NCBI GenBank assembly: GCA_037379345.1
Contig: CM074518.1
Coordinates: forward strand, 28,024,001-28,088,000
DNA length: 64,000 nucleotides
Reading direction: 5' to 3'
DNA from: Perna viridis
Lineage: Eukaryota
Shown here: positions 1 through 11,037 of the stretch, piece after piece
Layout of the letters: every line of letters starts with the position of its first letter
Numbering within the stretch: position 1 is the first letter of the stretch
The notes under the pieces: generated by a model
What the model was told of the DNA's origin: nothing
Database searches by the model: none
Seen by the model: only the letters and a program-made list of their open reading frames with translations
Made by a program: the position numbers and the translations under genes

Positions 1-1
1 A

Positions 2-806
2 AACAGTTATGCGACACTAACACCATTGCAGCCTCTGCCTCCTATTTCTACAGTGTCGGATAAATTTAACCAAATTCAGAGTACATGTGGAAATGGATTA
101 ACTTTGATGAACAATGGACTTGGTGCCGTAAATGTTATGGATATTAATACTATGAACACATACCGTTATGATACAAAAATGATGAGTATGAACCTTAGTC
201 CAGCCAGTATCCAGGGGCAGACAATGAACATGATGACAACAAATGGATACAACCAGGCTATGTCCCCTTATGGTTACAGTGTTAATGTCAGCGTAGGAGT
301 TAGTCAAAATGGACTACCGTCACCAAAATCAGAACATAGATCGCCAGTTTTATCACCTAACACATTAGCATCATATGACTCTTATCGCAATCTCGCTACA
401 CAACCAGCTCGTCTGCATTCCCCTAATCCAATGATGTCATCTGTGAATGGACTTCATGTTAGTTCTACCGTTACACCTGACGCATCCCCTCACAGTCATG
501 GAAGTAGTCCGCAACGTGAACGATCTCTTGGCCCTATGGACACTCAAAGCAATAACAAACAAGAACTTGAAGAAATTAATACTAAGGAATTAGCACAGAG
601 AATAAGCAGTGAATTAAAGCGATACAGCATACCACAAGCTGTATTTGCACAAAGAGTGCTGTGTCGAAGTCAAGGAACTTTAAGTGATCTACTGCGGAAC
701 CCTAAGCCATGGAGCAAACTGAAATCAGGAAGAGAAACATTCCGGAGGATGTGGAAATGGTTGCAGGAACCAGAATTCCAACGCATGTCGGCTCTAAGAC
801 TGGCAG
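2..806 (+). CDS. ONECUT: ONECUT/HNF6-class transcription factor, coding exon (5'-truncated by the window): TP box + CUT domain
   Basis: The frame from base 2 reads NSYATLTPLQPLPPISTVSDKF (ONECUT TP box), then the CUT domain EEINTKELAQRISSELKRYSIPQAVFAQRVLCRSQGTLSDLLRNPKPWSKLKSGRETFRRMWKWLQEPEFQRMSALRLA. Phase-1 donor CAG|GTAAC at 806/807. The ORF-track start at 26 is an internal TTG. Confidence 0.97.
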
Positions 807-3800
807 GTAACATTTGATCTTTTCACCCGTCCAGTGGAAAATTTTATTCTTGTTAAAATAGTAGTAATCTTTATGTTGTCCCTCCTAAAACGAAATTGTT
901 GTATATATTTTGCATTTTTTTTTATTTTCAGTTATTTGCTAATTTGTTTGCTTTGTTTTTGTTTTGATTTTCAGCCACGTGTAGATATTGTAGTGACACC
1001 ATAGTATATTGACTAAAAAGTATTGAACAGTCGAAAGTAGCTTTCATTGACAAAACCATTTCAGATATCAGAGCTGATAAATTGCATTGGCTTGTGTATA
1101 ATGCTATTGAATATTGACAAGTGAAGTTATTCTGCAATCAACAAAATTAAGATAAAAATATTTGATTTTGGTGTAAATCTTAAGTCTTTCAATTCATTAA
1201 AAATGAGACCAATATCTCCCCATTTCTTTTTTTTTTCATTAAATGAGCAGCTCAACCCCCATGGCACACTTGGCATATTTAATTTAATTGATATGTCATA
1301 TTCTCATTAAGGGAGATGTATTATTCATAACTCAATAGTAAATTTCCTTTGTCATACAGTAGCAGTGGCATACACATGTAATATCAGCTTTCCATTGTTC
1401 ACAGTCTATCTTGTTTGTGTTGACAAATGTGTTAATACTGCTATATTGACTTAATTAAGCTTGTGAGGTGGTCACCTGTCTGTTCTAACAAAAGATTAGG
1501 ACATATACAACATCTGTTTTTAATGTGGCTTGTGGCACCCTTTGTTAACTCTTCAAAGACCAAAATTTACCTGGAAATTTACCTGTAGTATTCTGTTCAC
1601 AGCTACATTTGTACTAGTTCTAACATAAAAATTTTAAAAGCCTCTTTAAATATTTAGAGATTTTAACAAGTTATTTTAATATGCAAAGCTGTAATTTATT
1701 TTTTGGTTTGAAATCTTCTTTTAAAGCCTTTATTGTGAGTCTTGAAAGGTTAAAGAAAATGTGACTGTGTACACAAATGCATTTAGTCCTTTTTGTCACA
1801 AAAGAGATATACATGAATTATTATACCTGTCCAAACATCATATTTGAACATTATGTTGAACTTTTCAGATAATGCCTTTCAAAATTCCTTTTAAAGGGAA
1901 ACTTAAAATCAGGAAAAACTAGAGTAATTAGGAGCTTTCACTGCAATTTACTTTAAATAACTTTCGGCATGTATTGTCATGATTAGATACTGCTTCTTTT
2001 CTTACATTTGAAAGGAAAGAAGTCAATGAGCACTTAGCAAACCATGTATGATTTCATATAAAATTTTCTATTTACCTTGCTTAAAATTTAGTCGAAAAAG
2101 TTAGGAGACAGGCATTTTTCCCTCGCTGACAATTTTACTGATAGGTACATGTACAGTAGTATTCATTGAAATCATGAAATTTCAGCTTTGTAATTTTATA
2201 CTATGGAAGTTTCTGATGCTTTGCTGACTGCTAAGCTTCAGTTGTTTCTTGATAGATACTAGTTACATGTAACTTCTCATTGAATCTTGTATTATCCTTT
2301 GAAGTAACTGATACAAAACTGAACATGTGTGGACAGTATGCATACTTTGAAACAGATTGATGAATAAAAATATATCTGTAAATACATTCAAAAACGTAGC
2401 CAGTAGTACATTTTTTTCAAAGCATGTAGACCTTTTTGTCATTTTAAAATTCAGTCCAATTCTAGATATAATAATGTAATTGCTAAAGGTCTTGGGCAAG
2501 CTAACCAAAAAAAAAGGAACACAACAGTTTTCAATCCAGAAGGTATCTATGGATTGCATGATTAATCTAAAATTTTGCATGGCTGCTTTCCTGTTAGAAT
2601 TGCTGTTTCCATGTAAATTTAGACAATCATCTTTGTACAATGTTCATTGTGTATAATATTTGACAATGTAACATTTTTTGTACAAATATAAATGTACATG
2701 AATGAAAAAGTACATACATGAGGCATGATAGTGAAGCAGTATTGTCTCCCTTGATGCCCTTAATGAAAAACTGTATAACAATGTCTGCATATTTGAGAGA
2801 AGATGTACATTGTGTCTATATATGCTTATTAAATGTAAATGTACATGAAAAATGCATGTTTAAAGGCAAAGCTGTATTATTTTCAATATGAAAATTGAAA
2901 TAGCTGCATGATCAGATTTCATATGTGGATACAAATGTATTTATATTAAATTTTAGATAATATTGTACAACATAGCAAATGTTTTATTACATGCATGACA
3001 AACGCATTTCACTCAAGTTTAGATTTTCATAAAAATTTATATAAAGAAAGCTACTTTTATCAATTTATCAAAAGATGATATATATGGACACAATCCTCAT
3101 ATTAATAATTGTAATTCCTTCTTGTTCTAACAGTGAATTGAGTCCATAGTTTTGACTTTAATCCCTCTCGTTATTTTGACGATGCCATATGGTGCTAACC
3201 AGTTGGCATTGTTTGTCCAGATATGTTTGTCACTCGGTGGCGAAGGAATTGTAATCTGACGTGGATTTGACTAGCCAATCTAATACCAACATTGTTCATG
3301 GCTTGGACGGAGATTTTTTCCGAAATATCATGTTCCATCTTTCAGCTTATCAAAGTTTTGTCATTCTATTTGTTTACTTTCTTTGTTGATAAATTGCAAT
3401 TTGTACACAAAATGTGACGATAGTCCACAGTTTTTGTTGCTTGAGTCATGTTGACAGTTATTATAAAACTTAAGCATATTAAAAATGAAATGAATTCCAT
3501 ATCAAAGAGGAACACAGTAAACAGATCACTCGGACTGCAGAGAAAAGCTCGATATGTAGGGGTATATCTAAGTTATAAACAAGAATTTTAATTTAAATGC
3601 CTTTAAATGGGCCTTCTTAAGATTTCTGTGTATATAAACACAAGCAATAGGTGGTAAATTACATTCATGTCAAAATTTAAAATTCCTAATCACAAAAATT
3701 ACTTGTCATCTTAAACAAAATATTTTCTTTCTAATGTGTCTGACTTTGAAACATGTTAGTACAGATTCAGAGAATATGATCAGTGTGTTGTGAACTTTTC

Positions 3801-4946
3801 TTAAAAGTTGATAACCATTTTTAAAATGTTCTATTCAGGAAGAAAATTAAATTTTAAAGATCTTGATAACTGATATGTAAACATGAAAATAATTCATTTG
3901 GGTACAAAGTCCATGAATTCAAGAAAAAGGAAAAGTAGAAATCAGAACATCAATGTTCTTAGATTCCACTTTCAGGTCTTGTAAAAATGTTCATGCACTT
4001 ACAATGTAGAATTATACCTGTATTCTGCATCAGTGTCATTTTAAGATGTACCGGTAAATGCATATTGTATAATTTTTACATGAGTGCATTTATAAATACA
4101 GGTACGAAATGAAATGTTCTTTTATCAGTTCATGTACATGTATGAATTTAATATGTCCTTTGGCTTTGTAATACATTTTGTTGTCTATTTAAATTTAAAA
4201 AAGAATGTACATGTAAGGGTTTAACTTAACCACTTAAATATACTAAAATGTCAGACTGTATTAGGAAACTATAATTATACATGTACAACATCAACAAATT
4301 TAGTGTAACAAGGCGTCGTCAACATCTGTTCCAATTTACATCTCCATCTGTTGTGTGAAAGTAATACATGTATGTGTTATATATGACTAAATACCTGTAT
4401 AATGATACTTGTATGATGTACATGTATGACATTCATATATTAGCACTGCCATGGTGGATTAACAATTGTTGCTAAGGAACTACAAGTATAAATTTAATTA
4501 AATTTTTAAATTCATAGATTATGCTCTACAGAATGTGCAGAAGTACATAAAATAACATGTTCATGTGTATGTACATTTGTACATGTATATTTTTATAATG
4601 TGATGACTGCATCCAAATTATTTCCATGTGATCAATGCCACACATTGACATCGTGGTGCTGAGCTATTGAAGTGCTTGCATTTTCTGTTTATTTTTCAGT
4701 TGAGATCCATTAATTGTCATTAAAATCAAGATATTTTTTAAGATATAATATTTTCTTTTAACTTAAGACCTTAGATTTTATGATTTCCCAAGACTTGACT
4801 TTATATGTGACAATTTTGCCCATAACTTATATGTCAGAAAATTTTCACAACACATTTTCTTTGCAGGGACTAGGCTAATTTTTCTTTTCTTTCATTCTTA
4901 TTTTCTGTCTTTTACTTTGATTTTTAATAGCTTTCTGTCTTTTCAG

Positions 4947-5003
4947 TTTTAGTTAGCTACAAGATCCTGAATCACCATCGACGGAAGTCGTTGATTGGTC
5001 AAG
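4947..5003 (+). CDS. ONECUT: Putative 57-nt cassette exon A in the ONECUT CUT-HD linker (VLVSYKILNHHRRKSLIGQ)
   Basis: A long pyrimidine tract (~4879-4944) follows a ctaat branch-like site and ends in CAG. The 57 nt are open in phase 1 and end at donor AAG|GTATTT. Confidence 0.55.
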
Positions 5004-5869
5004 GTATTTTACAAATTTACATTTCTAGGAATGGGAAGTAGTGTACCTTCAATACTACTAATCAACGACAAGTACTCCCGCCTGTGGCTTGCTCACTACT
5101 AATACTACAGTAAAACAAAAATATATATTCATTTTGTACCTTCTTCAATTGAAAACTGTTGTGTGATATTTGATAAAACAATGACTACAAAAGTGACATG
5201 TATTTTAGCTTAGCACAATGGCTGTTTTTTCCTTGTTCATTATTTTATTTTTGAAAGAAAAAAGCTGCATTCTGCATGGTTGAAAAAGTGCATGAAACTT
5301 AGGCATGTTGATTTTAGTTGATTAGAAAATAAGTAGGCTCTTTACTCCAGCACGACAGTTTATTGAACCATGCTACTTCATCTTTGCTTGTTACAATTAA
5401 TGCTATAATATAAATGTACTCACAGTAAATGGTAGATCTTTACAAAGAAGAAATATTATCTCAAACACCAAAGTAGGCATCTCATATATTTTCTAGGCCA
5501 TCTTGCTTCTGCAGTTATTCATATAAATATATATGACCAGGACCATAGCCAGATGATTAGGCTCTGCTGTGATATTTTCAATCAGAGTTTGTTTTTTCAG
5601 ACACGCCACTTAGAACACAAATTAGAATTGCCTGGCTAAGGCCCTGTCAACTTGGACTAGATAATCAAACTTTTATTACATTTTGTTTTCAGAAAAATAC
5701 CTTTTAAAAAAATATGAGCAGAATCTCTAAAATGTGAACATGTTTATTGATTGTACTGTAGATAAAATTGATGCTTGTCTTATTGCTAACCAAATGTAAA
5801 GAGGACATACTTGTCTAGAGATTGATGTAAGTCAAAGCTTTGTGCACATCTTTCTGCAATTTTCCTTGT

Positions 5870-5945
5870 TCATTGACCCATGGACATTTTTTCCACTTGG
5901 TAGGGTTGTTGTCTCTTTGACATTTTCTCCATATCCATCATTTTT
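5870..5945 (-). repeat. Short interspersed repeat fragment; related copy at ~23538-23590 (+)
   Basis: Shared core GATATGG.GAA.ATGT.AAAGAGACAACAAC.CTACC in opposite orientations. Confidence 0.55.
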
Positions 5946-8900
5946 ATATTCTATATGACCATTCACTCTCTTAAAGTTTTCAGTGTTGCTTAGATGGCCA
6001 GTGAAGATGTTCATTGCCTGTAGTCATTGTTTTAGGCAGGTGCTAAAAGCAGCATGTCCAGTTACTAATTCAGTTAGCGGTCTGCCATGTAAGCAGATAT
6101 TAGTTTTTTTCTCAAGGGCAAAAAGTCTAGAGGAACATGTTAATTTTAGAAATAGGTAAACACTACTTGAACTAAGTGGATCTTTCCAATTTAAGACGAC
6201 TCATGTAAGATAAGGTAAAGCACTTTATTCTTTAATCCGATCAATTCATTCAAAACAATTGTTGGTGATGCGACAAGCTATTTGTGATTTTGAAGCATAA
6301 TATCTCAATGACAGTTTAGGGAAGTGACAGTTTTGTTTTAGACTAAAGGAAGATTACTTTAAAAAATGTAGCATTTTTCATATGATAGCAAAAGTCCCTA
6401 TTGACACTCCTGAGATTTCTTTCATTTGTCAGAGAAAGTCATTTTATTTTCCATCACTCCCTAATGCTGCTCTTTTGCAAAAGACAGAATTCCTCATCGC
6501 TCGTATACAAAATCTTAGATCTTCAGTGGGGTTTCCATTAAAACCTATTGTTTAACAGGATGTGCTGTATGTTGCCACATTCTACATGCATTTTAAATGT
6601 TCAGTGCAAGGGGGTAAGATAGAATTTGAAAATCTTTGAAGTGTTATCACCTTGCAGAAAAATGAATTGTAAATTCTACCTGTAGTGATTTTATTTTATC
6701 TTTCATAAAATATGAATTATATGGGTTTTGCTGATGAAAAATTGAAAGATAAAGGTTACTTTCTCATTGAATTGAAGACTAAAAAATCGAGCAACAGGAA
6801 AATTCTGAAATTTATAAATTGCGTACAGGGTGAGAAAAACAAAGAATTACGAATTGTTTTGTGAACATAATTTTCAATAAATGTATTTACATAAGAATAT
6901 AGAGCAGGGATATTGAATCATAAAATTATTAACATTTTTAGGTTGATGAAATTTCCGCATCTGCATTTTCACTATAGATGTGGTCACCAAGCTCCCCTTA
7001 GTCCTCATGGAAACTGAAAATTTGCAGTCTCATAATATGAAAGGGTACATATATGAGCTATATCTACTTGTACATGTATGAGAAACGCTTTATTTGCCCT
7101 AACTGCAGGGGTTGGTGGAAATGAAAGTCATTTATACCGGGTTTGGTAAAAAATTCTTAGACAGGAGCTGCTTGCCAATGTACCTCAGAAAGTTTTTTGA
7201 CACTATTTATCTTATAATAGTAAATTCCTCAATTGACGCTTATCATATGTCCCCTTCAGTCCACTGTCAAGATATTTTCCCAGCAAGATACAACTTGACA
7301 TGTTTTTCAAGAGTTTTTAATATGAGAAAACCATAATCCAGACTGAATACATTCTTTGCTAGGCATTCCATGGAAGTGAAAGTTAAGAGACGATAACCCA
7401 TACATAGTGTCGTATCTCGTTCTTGTCAGATCAAAGTTATCTCTGTTCTGACAAGTCCTGGCTCTTCAATATGACTATTTTGTAAACTTAGGTGATTAGG
7501 TGTTTTTGGCCCACTAGTCGTCTACAGTGAGGATTCTCATACTCGATGGGGGTGGTCGGCAGTCTACACTACTAAATTATTAAACAGAAAGTATTTGATT
7601 GACAACAAGCTTATCTTGTACAAATTTTCATCATATTAATCCAAATAAATGGCTGGTTTTGATATACCCCCTTGTAAGGAACCTTGAGACTTATATGCTT
7701 TTACTAGGATTTGACTCCATAGTAAGATTTGTGAAACAGCAAATTTTAGGTGTCAGTATGACAGTGGCCAAGTCTGTTCTTGTTGATTTTTCACATTCTA
7801 TTGAATCCTAAGCAGTAGGTATAGGCTTTAGTAGAGGCTTCAAAATTCTGCATAGATGTCAACATGATAAATGTTTGAAATCTGGGTCCAACTCCACAAA
7901 ACATGAAAAGTTACTGAAGTTGATGAGAATATTCTTAACTGTTTGTGTTGTCATTCAATCCAAACACTTTTGAGTTACCAAGGAAGTTCTCAAATTTAGG
8001 TATTGGTTAATATTTGAGGTGTCTGGATCTGCATTTTGAACCTTGAAAATTTGTACCTTTGTAGTAATGTTAGAAAAAAACTTGAGTCTGCTTTTGCCCA
8101 GGAAACTAACTTGCTATGTACCAAATTTTGTATCATCCTAGTTTATTAATGGCTGTTTTTATTTCCATAGAACAGCTTGATCCATTTCATTACCTCCTGT
8201 CTATTTCTGTAACTCTTCTTCAGTAATTGGAAGTGGTTCGTCTCCAGTCTTGTTAAGTCTGCAAATTGTGACCTCTGGTTAAACGAAACATAGTTCAGCC
8301 ATTTTCTATGAATAAAACGATCCCTATCAATAGAACAAACTATAGTCCTTCAATTTCAATAGAAAATAATGATGCTTTTTGCTTCCAAAATGGAATTTTG
8401 CTGTACTCTGTAAAAAGATGAAGTTTAAACATAAATAGCTATGTTCGGTTGGTTTCAATTAAACATAGAATCCTACCCATTAAGTATTTGGCGTAAATAT
8501 TGGATTTCGTAAATGTCCCTTTGTAATGGTATTCACATCAAGACTACTCTTGTATGATGAAAGCTAAAACAATACACACAAGAAGATACTTGAAACCAGA
8601 AACGGTATTATTTCTTTGTTGGAAGTTAAACAAATTGTCGTTGAAAACAGTTGTATTCCTAGCATTCCAAATTTAGTGGCTTAAGCAGGACTGTGTACAT
8701 ATGTTGGAAGTCATCTAAGACATATGTATACAAAATAATGTATTTTATACCCTAAAAAATAAATTATATTCTCTCTTAAATCTCCCAAAATCTTGAGTCC
8801 TTTATCCAAACTCAAAGAAGACTTGCTCGTGATTTGATTCAGTGGATTATTTTTACCCATATATTCCTTTTTTTTTTTCATTTTCTAAATGTGAAATCTA

Positions 8901-10980
8901 GTGACCTAGAAAACTGAACATATTTGGCTGTTCAATTAGGTTTTAACAGATTTAGAGTCTAGTTAATTGTACTTATTTGACCAATTCAATAAGGTTTGTT
9001 GTAAAATCTCTTTGACTTTTCTTTTCTTTTGATGTACTTAGGAGTATTTAAAAAAAAAACAGTATTGAGAGTGAGCAAGAGGCCATGAAATTGAATAGTT
9101 AGTTTACCAACGATTCTAAATTTGCTGATTCTTTTCTTTCTTTGTGAGATAGTGAATAGACCAGATTTTCCCTTTTAATTCAGAAAATAACAGCTTGTGT
9201 TACTATCTATGAATTTCCTACCATGATTAAAAGTCAGCTTTCTACAGTCGGGTTATTGTCTGCTGTTCATACAAGATTTTTTTTTTGTGTGTTTAGTAAC
9301 ACACAATATTCTATGATTCATCCCTTCACCTTTTACAGAAAAAAAGAAAGGCATGAAGATTTAATGATACACAAATGAAGCCTGCTCTCCCCATGTGAAA
9401 AAATACTATTAACCATGGTCATTATATTGATTTTTGCCGAATGCACCAATCAAGACTTAAACTGGAAATTGTTCCGTGGAAGGAAATACTCTGGCAGAGA
9501 TAGACACGCTTGATAAAGCACTAACACAAGTATCATTTTGTATGAATATAATTTTTCCATTTATTTGGATCTGTCATTTAGATCCACAGTTGCCATGGCG
9601 AGAAAGCAGCTTTAGTTGTTAACCTGTAGAAAATGTTTCTCTCCAATCCAACATTCTGCACACCTGGATTCCGGTACGATGTCTGAATTACACACCAACA
9701 CATTATCTCATTTACCTTTCATGACTAATAACAGAACACGGGTGTTTTACTTCGTTGATGATGAAAAAAATAATCCTTGTAGGGCCTTCATCCATTATTC
9801 ATCCCTTTCTGAATAAAACTATTTATACCTCGCATAGCTGTATGAAGATTTCAAAACAATGGCAAATCGTGGGCTTTGGAATCTTGAGTACAGAATGATT
9901 TAATTTCCAACTCGCAATCTAGTTAGGAACTGTCAGCATTAAAAATGAAAACTATTTTTTACAATTGAATGGCATCGAGAACAAAGACGAAAGGATTGTA
10001 ATTGTCATTAACCCAAACAGGATGTTGTTTGACATGACAATAACTTCTAAAGATGATCTGGTGCATGAAAATTTTAAGGATGAAATCCTGAATATTCCAA
10101 GCCTCAATGATTATGAATTTGTATAGACTAATACATAAAATTAATGGAAGAAAATAAAATGATTAACTCAGATCTACCATTAATTCTGTGACACATATCT
10201 TATGTTTTATATCATATACATATATTTGATATATTTTATATGTAGATATGCACTGCACATATGGACAAAATTTATCTTGTTTCCAGGTGCAATGTGATGT
10301 CCTATTTGTATACATGTATATTTTGTTCATGCATATTTATGATTTTCTTTTTCATTTTCAACTCTGCTTGTTTTTTTTGCTTTTCCAGTATGTTTTTGTA
10401 GAACATTTTGATTGGTTCTTTCTTTCAGGAAATTGGACAACCTTGATAGGAACTTTACTAACAAACTGGTAGTTTCTTTTCAAATTCATTTAAAAGGCAT
10501 TGTGCTTTTCTGTTCAAGTCCAAGTGTTAAAGGATGACCCCTGTTGGCTAAGTCTTATAAGAGCTGTCCATAGGAATTAAAAGTACATTTTAATGTAGGT
10601 TATTATATTTCAAAATAAAATTATATAAGATGGCTTTGTTAAAGTAAAATTAGTTATTATTGGCTGTTTTCTGAATATAACAATGCCAGATTTACTTGTA
10701 GTACCTGTCAAGGTTGTGTCACTAAATGACAGTTTTAAATATTTTGTATTCTTCAGTTCATCTGTATTTTTATCTCTGTTGAGAGTACCAATGTAGCATG
10801 CATCTGAGAAACATAACGAAGCCTTTTATTTCAGATTCAGAAGTGCTCAGTTTGTGTACTGGTTACTGTACTTCTGGCTCACCTATGCTTAACGAAGTAC
10901 ACCAGTAGTAACTGTGACATTATTTGTCAAAAATTTATTTGTCGATAGCTTTATATAAATATTCCCTTTTCTCTCTGTAG

Positions 10981-11037
10981 GCAAAACGTTCGGTGAAGTG
11001 TCGATAAAAAAGGAAGAAGGTGGTTTTGGCACAATAG
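10981..11037 (+). CDS. ONECUT: Putative 57-nt cassette exon B in the ONECUT CUT-HD linker (GKTFGEVSIKKEEGGFGTI)
   Basis: Acceptor ttcccttttctctctgtAG, then a purine-rich 57 nt open in phase 1, donor TAG|GTAGGC. TGCATG lies at 11077. Confidence 0.65.

Noticed and set aside
3221-3250. 30-nt symmetric exon candidate in the ONECUT intron
   Set aside because: Short pyrimidine tract and poor donor (ATT|GTAATC).
3305-3326. miR-184-like sequence (TGGACGGAGA)
   Set aside because: Only the first 10 nt match the mature miRNA as I recall it, the rest diverges, and I see no convincing precursor arm.
7422-7455. 9-bp stem CTTGTCAGA/TCTGACAAG
   Set aside because: Short, plausible by chance in 64 kb, and not linked to any feature.
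10429-10468. Further ONECUT cassette exon after a strong pyrimidine tract
   Set aside because: It is 40 nt and not frame-preserving, with a weak donor (TG|GTAGTT). It could only be a poison exon, and nothing supports that.
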